64,000 bases of DNA from Candidatus Uhrbacteria bacterium (GTDB lineage Bacteria > Patescibacteriota > Patescibacteriia > UBA9934): assembly GCA_003518105.1 (NCBI GenBank), contig DOZH01000005.1, forward strand, positions 40,513 through 104,512, read 5' to 3'. The notes beneath the pieces were generated by a model. That model did no database searches. It was not told the DNA's origin and saw only the letters and a program-made list of their open reading frames with translations. A program made the position numbers and the translations under genes. How positions within the stretch are numbered: position 1 is the stretch's first letter; every line of letters begins with the position of its first letter. Below, piece by piece: positions 26,785 to 36,125 of the stretch.

Positions 26785-27063
26785 TTAGTGATAATCAACT
26801 ATTTTAGCGCCGTAGGCATTGCCATTTTTCCAGATAAAGCAGATACGCCATTGATCATTGATTCGGATACTGTGATATTCAACAAGCTTGCCCTGTAGCT
26901 TTTCCAATTTATTCCCTGGCGGACTAATCAAATCGATTAACGAAACTGCGGCATCTAGTATAGCCAGTTTTCTCAAGGCAATACGCTCAAATCGCTCTAA
27001 TTTTTTTACACGATCATGATTAAAAAGATTTTCCGTATCTTCGTCACCAAAACTTTGAATCAT
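26785..27063 (-). CDS. higB: HigB-type toxin (RelE/ParE superfamily killer protein)
   Basis: MIQSFGDEDTENLFN...LEKLQGKLVEYHSIRINDQWRICFIW. ORF open to 27117. Confidence 0.8.
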   Translation of the reverse strand: MIQSFGDEDTENLFNHDRVKKLERFERIALRKLAILDAAVSLIDLISPPGNKLEKLQGKLVEYHSIRINDQWRICFIWKNGNAYGAKIVDYH

Positions 27064-27174
27064 AGGCTGGGCAGAAGTTTGTAAAGTAATAGTAACGTGT
27101 CGCGTTATTAGTGTCAAATAGGCCGGTTATCGTCAGCTGTTCGTCAAGCCAGCTGTGTCGTATAATACATTGGT

Positions 27175-28095
27175 ATGGCCAAACTCATCGACAAATATCT
27201 CCAACAATTTTTAGAATACTTAGAAATCGAACGTGGCCGCTCTTTGCTCACGGTTAAGAATTATTGTTTTTATTTACGCCGTTTTCTCGACTGGTCGGCC
27301 ATCAGCGAGCCGAGCGACATCACGCAGGAAGTCGTCCGCAAGTTTCGCCTCTTCCTCAACCGCGACTTAGCTGGCCGTGAAGAAGCCAACCTCCAAAAAA
27401 CCACACAAAATTACCACCTCATCGCCCTGCGCTCATTCTTGAAGTTCCTCGCCAAGCGCGACATCGCTTCCCTCTCGCCCGAAAAAATCGAACTGGCCAA
27501 ACAAGAAGGCCGCCACGTCAGCTTCCTCGAAGCGGAAGAGCTCAAGCGCATGTTACTCCTCGCCGCCCGTGACACTTCACTCGTCGGTCTCCGCGATCGG
27601 GCCATTCTCGAGCTTCTCTTCTCCTCTGGCCTCCGCGTCTCCGAACTTTCCAACCTCCTCATCGAACAGGTCAACCTCAAGCTCGACGAATTCACCATCA
27701 AAGGCAAAGGCAGCAAACACCGCGTGGTCTTCCTCTCACCTGCCGCCAAACAATGTCTCAAAATGTACTTGGACGTCCGTCAAGACGTCGCTCCCTTCAT
27801 GTTTGTGCGCCACGACCGCGCTAAAAAAGGTGGTGTCGCTGCCCTCACCCCCCGTTCCGTGCAGCGCGTAATTGACGGCTTTGCCCGCAACGCCGGCATC
27901 ACCAAACGTGTCACCCCCCACACCCTGCGCCACACCTTCGCCACGGATCTCCTCCGTAACGGTGCCGATATCCGCTCCGTTCAATCCCTCCTCGGTCACT
28001 CTTCTATCGTCACCACCCAGGTCTACACCCACATTACAGACAAGGAACTCAAACGCGTTTACACCAAATTTCATGATAAACCCGAGGTCAGTTGA
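27175..28095 (+). CDS. Tyrosine recombinase XerC/XerD family
   Basis: C-terminal catalytic region HTLRHTFATDLLRNGADIRSVQSLLGHSSIVTTQVYTH. N-terminal SAM-like core-binding domain. Confidence 0.85.
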   Translation: MAKLIDKYLQQFLEYLEIERGRSLLTVKNYCFYLRRFLDWSAISEPSDITQEVVRKFRLFLNRDLAGREEANLQKTTQNYHLIALRSFLKFLAKRDIASLSPEKIELAKQEGRHVSFLEAEELKRMLLLAARDTSLVGLRDRAILELLFSSGLRVSELSNLLIEQVNLKLDEFTIKGKGSKHRVVFLSPAAKQCLKMYLDVRQDVAPFMFVRHDRAKKGGVAALTPRSVQRVIDGFARNAGITKRVTPHTLRHTFATDLLRNGADIRSVQSLLGHSSIVTTQVYTHITDKELKRVYTKFHDKPEVS

Positions 28096-28115
28096 TAATC
28101 TGTGGACAAACACCC

Positions 28116-28150
28116 AGGACGACGCGAGACGTCGTCCTTTGCATTTCCAT
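28116..28150. repeat. AGGACGAC...GTCGTCCT hairpin element, single-hairpin copy
   Basis: AGGACGACgcgagaCGTCGTCCT + TTGCATTTCC, directly after the recombinase gene. Confidence 0.6.
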
Positions 28151-28168
28151 AGTGTATAATCCCGCCAC

Positions 28169-29389
28169 ATGAAAAAACCTCACATTGTAATTGTCGGCGG
28201 CGGGTTCGGCGGGCTAGAGGTCGCCTGGGGCCTGCGTGGCCAAGTCAAACAAGGAAAAATCGCCGTCACGCTCATCAACATCACCAACTATTTTCTCTTT
28301 ACTCCCCTCTTGCACGAAGTCGCAACTGGCGGTCTCAGTGCCGCTAGCGTTGCCGAGCCTCTCCGTGAAGTCTTCGCCCACACCGGCCTCAATATAATCC
28401 AAGGCGAGGTCACCAAGGTCGACGCCGACAAGAAGGCCGTCTTCCTCGGCCATCACACCATTCCCTACGACGTCCTGGTTCTCTCAACTGGTGCCACCAC
28501 CAACTACTTCAATACTCCAGGCGCCGCGGAGTTTGCCCTCCCCCTCAAAACTCTCGCCGACGCCACTGCCATCCGCGCTCGCATCATCGACGCCTTCGAA
28601 ACCGCCTCACTCGTCACTACCGCTGCCGAACGCAAGGAACTCCTCTCCTTCGTCGTGGTCGGTGCTGGTGCCACCGGTGTCGAGCTCGCCGCCGAACTCG
28701 CCGAATTTGCTTTTCACATTGCCCGCCGCTATTTTTGCCAAAAAAATAGCTGTATTCTGCATAACGAAGTTTCTGTCACGCTCGTTAGTGCTGGTCCCGA
28801 ACTCCTCGCCCAGTTCTCCCCGCCAACTCGTAAGGCGGCTGAAGCTCGTTTAAAAAAGCTCGGCGTCAAACTCCGCTTGGGCGTGCAAGTCGGCGAGGTC
28901 GACGCAACTGGCGTCAACATGAACGACGGTTGGCGCATCCCCTCTGGCCTCACTATCTGGACCGCTGGCGTTAAAGCAGTCCTTCCATTGATTGTTGATA
29001 GCTCTGGCACCAAGGTAGCCAAAGCTCAGCTTTGGTCGCAAGCAAAAAAGCCAGCTGAGCTGGTCATCCTCGGCGACGCCGCTGCTGGCCTCCCCATGCT
29101 GGCCCAAGTCGCTGTTGCTCAAGGCCGTTCCGTGGCCAATAATATTGTTCTCCTCCTGGCTAGCCGTCCTCTCCTCCCATTTGTCTATCACTCCCGCGGC
29201 TCCTTCGTCTCCCTCGGTCAATGGTTCGCCGCTGGCACCATCGGTCGTATAAATTTGAGCGGTCGCCTCACCTGGTGGCTTTGGCGCACCGTCTATCTCT
29301 TCAAATTTGCCAGCCACAAAAAGCGCCTCCGCATTGTCTTCGAGTGGACGCTGAACCTCTTCTATCCCCGTGACATCACGCGCCTCTAA
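28169..29389 (+). CDS. Type II NADH dehydrogenase-like FAD-dependent oxidoreductase
   Basis: N-terminal dinucleotide fold IVIVGGGFGGLEVA and a second fold VVVGAGATGVELAAELA. Confidence 0.8.
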   Translation: MKKPHIVIVGGGFGGLEVAWGLRGQVKQGKIAVTLINITNYFLFTPLLHEVATGGLSAASVAEPLREVFAHTGLNIIQGEVTKVDADKKAVFLGHHTIPYDVLVLSTGATTNYFNTPGAAEFALPLKTLADATAIRARIIDAFETASLVTTAAERKELLSFVVVGAGATGVELAAELAEFAFHIARRYFCQKNSCILHNEVSVTLVSAGPELLAQFSPPTRKAAEARLKKLGVKLRLGVQVGEVDATGVNMNDGWRIPSGLTIWTAGVKAVLPLIVDSSGTKVAKAQLWSQAKKPAELVILGDAAAGLPMLAQVAVAQGRSVANNIVLLLASRPLLPFVYHSRGSFVSLGQWFAAGTIGRINLSGRLTWWLWRTVYLFKFASHKKRLRIVFEWTLNLFYPRDITRL

Positions 29390-29509
29390 AACAAAAACTT
29401 CCGGATCAGCCGGGAGTTTTTAGTTCTTGTTTTATCCTTGCAGATGCGTCGACCTAATCAACGACTCTGGGAGGGCGACGATCCGAGGGGTACTCGGATC
29501 GCCAGGCGT

Positions 29510-30043
29510 TCAGGTGAGCTTGAGGAACTTGGGAGCCTCATTCATCACCCGACCACGGATCACGATGTGCGGCGGTTCGTTCTCGGCCGGCAGCAGGTGT
29601 GCCTGCCAGTACAGCCGGTCGAAGTCATCGTGGTCCGGAGAGCGGCCTTCACCGTCGCGGACGACGACCTTCATGTCGAGCTGGAACTCGTTGAAGTCGT
29701 GCGGGTTGGCTTCGACCCTGCCCGCCTTGTCCAGGTTCCAGAAGGCCGCACCCTCGGCCTGGTCGAGACCCAGGAACCAGGACGCATCGCTCTGGCTGTT
29801 CTCCGAGGTGTGGATGCTGTCGCACAACTTGTCGAGGAAGTCCTCTCCAAGCTTCGCCACCTCCTCGGCCGTCGGCTGCCAGTCGATCTCCCCATCCGGC
29901 TTCGCGATGAAGAACGACCGCAGGCGCGGATTCGTCTCGAGCCCTTCCAGGGCGTCGCGCGCCGTTTCCGGCAAGCGCTCGGGGAAGAAGATGATGGCGA
30001 CAGTGACGACACTGACCTTGGAGGGATATTCGTTGCTTTCCAT
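29510..30043 (-). CDS. Hypothetical protein (GC-rich orphan)
   Basis: The only one of five overlapping ORFs with balanced composition. GGAGTATTGAATG start context. Upstream TTGACA, 17-nt spacer, CATTAT. Confidence 0.5.
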   Translation of the reverse strand: MESNEYPSKVSVVTVAIIFFPERLPETARDALEGLETNPRLRSFFIAKPDGEIDWQPTAEEVAKLGEDFLDKLCDSIHTSENSQSDASWFLGLDQAEGAAFWNLDKAGRVEANPHDFNEFQLDMKVVVRDGEGRSPDHDDFDRLYWQAHLLPAENEPPHIVIRGRVMNEAPKFLKLT

Positions 30044-30620
30044 TCAATACTCCATGTTGTTTCGAGTCCACTGAGCAGGATGATTCCCGCTCAACAGACC
30101 CAAAATAATGCCATGAACAGTGGGAATTGTCAATCTCGTTATATTACCTTATCGGTCACTATCATTCCCCCCCCCTGCATTACCTGCTTCCCAATCACAC
30201 CCATAATCGTATCGACGATAGTACTCGGGTGCTTAGCCATTTTCTGCAGCTGCGGTCCAACTTTCTTAATGTAAGCATCACCCAGGGTCGACGGTGAGAT
30301 AACGGTAAACGGCAGATAGAACGCTTCGACCACATCGTGGTAGTGCCGATTAAGTTCGTTTACAAACGAACCGAGACCAGAATTCACCAAACCATACAGA
30401 ATCAAATCCTTCGGTTTATTGTTTGGTGAACCAGCACCCCAAATCATCTGAATCGGTGTGGTGCGGTTCGTGTATTTCTGCACTATTGCCTTGGTTAAGA
30501 GCACACTACCCACCAGCTTCGCGCCAAAGCAGCTCTTAATGCCATCTTGGTCGAGCTCCTCCTGGCAGGTACCCCGCAAACTAGACACATTGTCTCGTTT
30601 CAAGGCATATTCAATGCCAT

Positions 30621-30878
30621 ATGCCTCGCCATACAGATCAGAGCACTAAGAACGAGATATTGTCAGCTATTAAAGACGGCCTAAGTGTGGCCGACGCTGC
30701 CATTAAATATACTAAACCTACTCAAACCATTTATGCTTGGCTACGAGGCCAAGTAGATAATATTGGCACCAGTGCTCTTGAAGTCGCTAAGTTACGGCGA
30801 GAAAACACTGAACTTAAAGAAATAATCGGCTGGCTGACGTTAGAAAAACGTCGCGGGGAAAAAAATCACAGAGGCTAG
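30621..30878 (+). CDS. IS3-family transposase OrfA (HTH)
   Basis: 85 aa with an HTH region and leucine-zipper-like tail (LEVAKLRRENTELKEIIGWLTLEK). Ends just after an A7 run (30859-30865). Confidence 0.8.
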   Translation: MPRHTDQSTKNEILSAIKDGLSVADAAIKYTKPTQTIYAWLRGQVDNIGTSALEVAKLRRENTELKEIIGWLTLEKRRGEKNHRG

Positions 30879-30885
30879 GCGTCGT

Positions 30886-31704
30886 ATGTCTGCCAGTAAA
30901 AACAAGGCCGAGCTAGCTAAAAAGCTCGGTGTTAGCCGTTCTTCACTCTACTACCGCCCTAAACGTCCCAAAGATGACGAAGCTCTCAGAGACCGCATCC
31001 TAGCCGTCCAGACAGAGCATCCAGCCTACGGCCACAAGAGGATTGCCATGGCTTTAAAGCTCAACAAGAAGCGTATCCGACGAGTCATGAAGAAGTTCAA
31101 TCTTCGTCCTCGTATCCTGCGGGGTCGGCCAACCAAGCGAGATGACAGAGGCAATTTGCCAACAAAAGTACCCAATCTCGCTAAAACTATCTGCCCAATC
31201 CGAGCTAACGTGCTCTACGCGGGCGACTTCACTTACATTCCCTGGGATAATGGCTTCGTTTATGTAGCCACTGTGCTTGATGTTTTTACGCGAGAGATTG
31301 TGGGCTGGCACATTGGCCTCCACCACACCACCTCCCTCATTACGGAGGCCTTCCTAGATGCTGTACGGAGAACTGGAGTGGCACCCCAGATCTTCCACTC
31401 GGACCAGGGTAGCGAATATGTGAGTGGCAGCTACGAGCTACTCCTGGCAGCCCACGGCACTAAGGCCTCACAGAGCAAGAAATCATCCCCTTGGGAAAAC
31501 TGCTACCAAGAGTCGTTCTACAGCGGCTTCAAGCTCGAGTTTGGCAATCCAACTCGTTTCCATGACTTAGGCGAGCTTGCCGAAGCAGTCCACCGCCAGA
31601 TACACTATTACAACACAAGGAGAATCCACACCGCACTCAAGATGCCACCAGTTACTTACAGGGTTCACCAAGAGAACAAAATAGCAGTCCTCATGACCGC
31701 CTAA
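30886..31704 (+). CDS. IS3-family transposase OrfB (DDE/rve integrase core)
   Basis: YAGDFTYIPW...LDVFTREIVGW...HSDQGSEY...ENCYQESFYSGFKLE...YNTRRIH. The frame is open from 30844 and is +1 relative to OrfA. Confidence 0.85.
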   Translation: MSASKNKAELAKKLGVSRSSLYYRPKRPKDDEALRDRILAVQTEHPAYGHKRIAMALKLNKKRIRRVMKKFNLRPRILRGRPTKRDDRGNLPTKVPNLAKTICPIRANVLYAGDFTYIPWDNGFVYVATVLDVFTREIVGWHIGLHHTTSLITEAFLDAVRRTGVAPQIFHSDQGSEYVSGSYELLLAAHGTKASQSKKSSPWENCYQESFYSGFKLEFGNPTRFHDLGELAEAVHRQIHYYNTRRIHTALKMPPVTYRVHQENKIAVLMTA

Positions 31705-32886
31705 TACCCAACTAATTTATTGTTTTGAAAGGTTATTAGTGTGTTTAAAGAACGGGGTACCTGCCATCCAATATTCCATGTCCGCCCTCAGCGTCCGCCA
31801 TCATCAATACCAAATCGAGACTCTTCACCTCGTTTAGCAACTTCGCAATACTTTTCTCACTTGAAATATCACAAGCTCGTTCGTGCCAACCAGCCTTGTC
31901 GACATTTTTAGCAGTCCGGCCATACAACCAAATCTCATAGCCCAACTTATGTAAGGCGACGGCGACGTAGCGGCCAATCGACTTGGTCTTAGTGCCGGCA
32001 ATCAAAGCTGTCTTGCGGGCTGGCTTTTCGGCAAAGAAAAAGCCCCAACCCATCTTGTCGTTCTCAACCGCGCTGACAATTCCCTCGTAACGGTTCTTCA
32101 ATTCCGTGTAAGTGCCATCAATCTTGTTCTCATAAGCCTTCATCTTCTTGGCTAGCTTGCCGTAGGTCCAAATCATATCTTGGTCGCGCTGTTCGGCCTT
32201 AACTATCTTCAAGCCGACCGCCTGTAAAATCTGCTGGTACACCTTAAACGAGAAGCCCTCGTTCCAGTTAACCATCTTATACACCAAGTCATGTTCATTC
32301 GACGTCAGCTCACTCTGCGCCGCCTGCGCTAAAAAGTCAGCCAAGGCGAACACGCCACCTGGCGCTAACAAGCGGTACACATTTTCATATAATGCCTGTT
32401 TGTCGGCCACGAGCATAATCGCGTCCTGGCTAATGACGTGCGTGAACATCTCGTTCTTCGGAAATACTTGGCTCAGTTCGCTAGCACTAGCGCGTACAAA
32501 CTGCACTTTAACTTTTGGCAGCTTCTTAGCCTTGCGCTCAGCATTAAGTTCACGCACATAAATCTTCGCGTCCTTAATCTGCTCGTCGCTCAGGTCGACG
32601 CCGACGCCACTACAGCCGAACTTTGCACACAGCTCAATAAGCGTCTTGCCCGTCCCACAACCAACGTCGAGCACAGTCGAGCTCTTACTAATCGGCGCAA
32701 TCGTTTCAATATTTTCTAACAAGTGTTCAGTCGCCTGTTTGTAGGCCGTGGGGAGCGAATCAGTTTCCTTCTTAAACAAACCAACGTGCAGCGTATGCGC
32801 CGCCTCGTCCCACGTTTCATCGTAATATTGCTTGAGGAAGTTGAACTTAGTGCGTGTGGTCTTTTCTTGTTCGTTAATCATATTGG

Positions 32887-34338
32887 TTATTTATCGTTCA
32901 TTAAGTAGCTCGTCATCTCGCCCAGCAACTTGTACGTCTTCACCTTGATCGACTCCTGCGTCTTCCAGCCTGCTCGGTAAGCCAGCACATTATTCGCCAA
33001 CTCTTTATGCAGCTTCCAGTCTTTCTTATCCGTCATCGGTAGCCCTAAAATATCTTTCCTTGGCAAGCCTGGGTAGACGTCGAGATAAGCGAATATTTCT
33101 TTCTTCGTCATTCTCTCGGTCAACGCTGTCTGGTCGATGGCATTCCCATCCGCCGTATTAATGAACATCGCCACGTTCTTCATCGCCTCGATGAACTTCT
33201 TATCGATCACATTCTCTGCCTTATGTGCTGGCACATGAAGTGAAATGACATCACTCACTCTTGCTAGTTCATTAATCTCTTTATATTTAATGCCGAGCCT
33301 CTCTTCGATTACTTCATTTCGCCGCTTCGAATAGTAGATAACCTCGAAGCCTAAACCCTTCGCCATCCTCGCCACTTGCTCACCAATCCTTCCTAGTCCC
33401 ACGAGTCCAAAAATCTTATCGGCGAATTCATAATCGGACGTTACTAGAGAATTGACGTCGACCAACTTCCTAGGCCACATCTTCTCTATCTTAGTGACCT
33501 CAGCTTCAGGTGTTAATCGTTTATCATAGTAGATGAGTTCATTCTCCGCCAAAAACTTATAGGTCGACGCTAGCGTAAAGTCGGTAATGCTTCGCTCTTC
33601 GATGATGACGCCAAACGTTCGTAAAGCTTTCACGGTCTCCTCGGCCTTTTCAATATTCATCAGGCCAATCATCTTATGCTCAATCATCCTCTCTGGAATC
33701 AACTGCTCTAAACTCTTCTTAGCAAAGTCGAACTTAACTTGCCCCAACTTATGAAAGTGATGTGAGAACTTTCCCAGCCTCGTATTCTTCTCATTCTCAG
33801 GCAGCATTCGAATGCGAGTAAACACGTCATTCAAAATCGCATTTGCCAGTCCCACTTCACTACTAGCCGAGCCATCACTCGCATAATTCCTCATCAATAA
33901 CTGCCACATGCCAGCAAACACCACTTCAGCCACCGCTTCCGTGCCATAGTCAGGAATATTCTTCACCTCAATTCCCAACTCGCGAGCGAGGTCGACGTTA
34001 ATCCTGTGCTCCTTTTCATGCGTCCAAAAAATAACCAGCTTTAATTGCGGGTTCAATCTTAATATCTCATCCGGAATATTCGTCCAGCAACTAACAATCA
34101 CCTCAGCTCCCTCCACCCGATTCATCAACAACTGCAGCGGCGTATTATTCGCGCCGAGCTCGGTGTAACACTTAGTCTCGGCAAACAACTCTGGCTGTTC
34201 ACTAAATTGCTGTTCTAATCTCTCTGGCAAACTCGACGGAAACTCCAACACCTCCTCCGCCAGTTTATTCAACAGCGCACGATGCTCCGGGTAAAATATG
34301 ACAGTATCGAGTATCACCACTTTCTTAAACTTCTTCAT
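32887..34338 (-). CDS. D-isomer-specific 2-hydroxyacid dehydrogenase-like protein with an extra N-terminal domain
   Basis: C-terminal half has FGLVGLGRIGEQVARMAKGLGFEVIYY and ISLHVP...FINTADGNAIDQTAL. 483 aa is longer than the usual family size. Confidence 0.65.
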   Translation of the reverse strand: MKKFKKVVILDTVIFYPEHRALLNKLAEEVLEFPSSLPERLEQQFSEQPELFAETKCYTELGANNTPLQLLMNRVEGAEVIVSCWTNIPDEILRLNPQLKLVIFWTHEKEHRINVDLARELGIEVKNIPDYGTEAVAEVVFAGMWQLLMRNYASDGSASSEVGLANAILNDVFTRIRMLPENEKNTRLGKFSHHFHKLGQVKFDFAKKSLEQLIPERMIEHKMIGLMNIEKAEETVKALRTFGVIIEERSITDFTLASTYKFLAENELIYYDKRLTPEAEVTKIEKMWPRKLVDVNSLVTSDYEFADKIFGLVGLGRIGEQVARMAKGLGFEVIYYSKRRNEVIEERLGIKYKEINELARVSDVISLHVPAHKAENVIDKKFIEAMKNVAMFINTADGNAIDQTALTERMTKKEIFAYLDVYPGLPRKDILGLPMTDKKDWKLHKELANNVLAYRAGWKTQESIKVKTYKLLGEMTSYLMNDK

Positions 34339-34502
34339 AGCAAATTCTTCTCATTATTAGCCGCAAACATGTCAGATCAAAAAACGTCACTGACCAAGTA
34401 GAATATCATAATTATACGTAAAAGTCAATGTAATTGCACTATAATTTGGCCTGATGTATAATAAAAATATACGCTAGTTACACAAATAAGCGCAAAATCC
34501 CT

Positions 34503-35279
34503 ATGATTACCAACACCGAGGTGAAACAAAATCTTTACACTTCCCTCAAGGAACTCGGTCTCACCGAGAGCGAAGCCAACCTCTACCTCACCTCCTTAAC
34601 CCTCGGCTCCGTCACCATCGTCTCTTTAGCCGAGCATCTCAGCATGCCCAGGCCCAACGTCTACAAAGTCATTGCCGGGCTGGAAAAGCACGGTTTAACT
34701 AAGTTTTCCGAACGTAAAAAGCAATCTCGCACTTTTGTAGTGGAGCCGCCAACCGTCGTCCTGGAACTATTACGCCGTAAACGCGAAGCCATGGCCAGCT
34801 TGGACCAAACCCTCGTCGGTTCCATGCCAGACCTGCTCGCGCTCTACCATCAAGGCGAAACCCCCACCAAAATCAAAGTTTACGAGGGGGAGGACCAGTG
34901 GAATAAAATTTTCTTTAAAGTTCTGGACGAAGCTAAAGATAAAATCGACTTCTTTGGTTCCGCCGACGCTTTCATCGGCCTCATCTCCTGGGAAACCGAA
35001 CTCGAATGGATCCGCCTCCGCACCAGCAAAAACATTCACATGAATTCCCTCCTCACCCCCGGCGCCGACGCTGCCACGCTCGTTCAAAACGACAAACTCC
35101 AAATGCGCACCACGCGCATCTTCCAAGGCACCCTCCCCTTCGTCACCGGCTTCATGCTCTACGCCAACAAGGTAATCATCTGGCAGCCCAAAGCCCCCCT
35201 CGCCGTCCTCGTGGAAGATGAATACATCGTGGCCATGCTCCGCAGCATCTTCGCCGCACTGTGGACACAAAGTGCATAA
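34503..35279 (+). CDS. TrmB-family HTH transcriptional regulator (paralog 4)
   Basis: LKELGLTESEANLYLTSLTLGSVTIVSLAEHLSMPRPNVYKVIAGLEKHGL. Confidence 0.75.
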   Translation: MITNTEVKQNLYTSLKELGLTESEANLYLTSLTLGSVTIVSLAEHLSMPRPNVYKVIAGLEKHGLTKFSERKKQSRTFVVEPPTVVLELLRRKREAMASLDQTLVGSMPDLLALYHQGETPTKIKVYEGEDQWNKIFFKVLDEAKDKIDFFGSADAFIGLISWETELEWIRLRTSKNIHMNSLLTPGADAATLVQNDKLQMRTTRIFQGTLPFVTGFMLYANKVIIWQPKAPLAVLVEDEYIVAMLRSIFAALWTQSA

Positions 35280-35285
35280 ACTCTC

Positions 35286-35360
35286 AGGACGACTTCGGGA
35301 GTCGTCCTGGGCCTGCAAACATTGATAAGGACGACGTTCGACGTCGTCCTTTGCACTTTT
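35286..35360. repeat. Double-hairpin REP-like element, copy 3 (core inverted)
   Basis: AGGACGACttcgggaGTCGTCCT + GGGCCTGCAAACATTGATA + AGGACGACgttcgaCGTCGTCCT + TTGCACTTTT. The spacer is the reverse complement of that in copies 1 and 4. Confidence 0.7.
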
Positions 35361-35378
35361 ACTATCTCTGGTTCACGA

Positions 35379-35705
35379 TTAAATAGCTAGTATTTTTCTT
35401 AACTTATCTTTCACTAACTTATAAGCAGTAGTCTCTAATTTACCAAGTTCTCCCAACACAATCTTTTTCTGTAAAGTAGCAATCTTATCCGTCCTAATAA
35501 ATGAGTCAGCCTTCAGGCCATTAGTTTGACTAGCCTTAATCCGAACATCAAAATTACCCAATTTGGCCTGTTTGACGGATGAAATGAATACCACAATGAA
35601 ATCCTCACCGCCTTTTTGTTCATAGAGCACCAAGCCGGGCCGTACTTTATGGCCAGACAGGTCGCTAAAAGGAAACGGTATTAAGACAATATCTCCTTTA
35701 GACAT
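35379..35705 (-). CDS. PemK/MazF-family toxin
   Basis: MSKGDIVLIPFPFSDLSGHKVRPGLVL, typical of the MazF/PemK N-terminus. Confidence 0.8.
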   Translation of the reverse strand: MSKGDIVLIPFPFSDLSGHKVRPGLVLYEQKGGEDFIVVFISSVKQAKLGNFDVRIKASQTNGLKADSFIRTDKIATLQKKIVLGELGKLETTAYKLVKDKLRKILAI

Positions 35706-35949
35706 AGCTTTTCTTAAGATCAGCTACTGAATATAGATCTGGTTCCTCGTTTAGGAAATCAAAACTCCGCGACAAAGCATTAATATTTGTAATCTCGTTC
35801 AAATTTTTATTGTAATGATTGGGAAATTGAATGACAATGGCATCAATAGAATTACGTCGACCAATTCCAAAAACTTCTCCGTGCATTTTTACACGGTCAA
35901 TCACCTGCTTAATATTCTTTCGAGCCTCAGTAGTAGTAATAACCTGCAT
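35698..35949 (-). CDS. Putative cognate antitoxin
   Basis: 8-nt overlap with the toxin gene. MQVITTTEARKNIKQVIDRV resembles Phd/YefM-type N-termini. ORF open to 36021. Confidence 0.55.
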   Translation of the reverse strand: MQVITTTEARKNIKQVIDRVKMHGEVFGIGRRNSIDAIVIQFPNHYNKNLNEITNINALSRSFDFLNEEPDLYSVADLKKSYV

Positions 35950-36022
35950 ATGTACAAATTGTACAATATTGCACAATGAAGCGCAAGACCAGGCCAAAAT
36001 AAGCCAAATAAACATCTCCATC

Positions 36023-36067
36023 CAAACAAAGAACCGCCCACCTGAGCAAGCGGCTCAGTGTGGGCGG
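36023..36067 (-). terminator. Intrinsic terminator of the radical SAM operon
   Basis: On the minus strand: CCGCCCACACTGAGC-cgctt-GCTCAGGTGGGCGG followed by TTCTTTGTTTG. Confidence 0.65.
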
Positions 36068-36125
36068 CGAGTTGCCGTAGTGAAGTTTTACTCGATAGTT
36101 GTCTCCTCCTCAGTTGTTGAATTGT

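Larger units (their letters stand above)
30563..31766 (+). mobile_element. IS3-family insertion sequence (1204 bp)
   Basis: Perfect 14-bp terminal inverted repeats TGGCAGGTACCCCG (30563-30576) / CGGGGTACCTGCCA (31753-31766). 3-bp direct repeat TCC at 30560-30562 and 31767-31769. Two-ORF transposase. Confidence 0.9.
30139..32881 (-). pseudogene. IS-disrupted gene: class I SAM methyltransferase fused to a Rossmann/SDR-like domain
   Basis: 5' part 31767..32881 (VLDVGCGTGKTLIEL; then TALIAGTKTKSIGRYVA). 3' part 30139..30562. Removing the IS and one TCC copy joins ...GGHGIL to EELDQDGIKSCFGAKLVG in frame. Confidence 0.8.

Noticed and set aside
29427-30274. Multiple long overlapping ORFs on both strands (29427, 29438, 29649, 29671), and similar stacks at 6105-6782, 11158-11510, 36283-37893, 39321-40361 and 41686-43256.
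   Set aside because: This is the typical stop-codon-poor artefact of GC-rich DNA. The translations are Arg/Pro/Ala/Gly-biased with low complexity. In each locus only one frame gives balanced, motif-bearing protein sequence.
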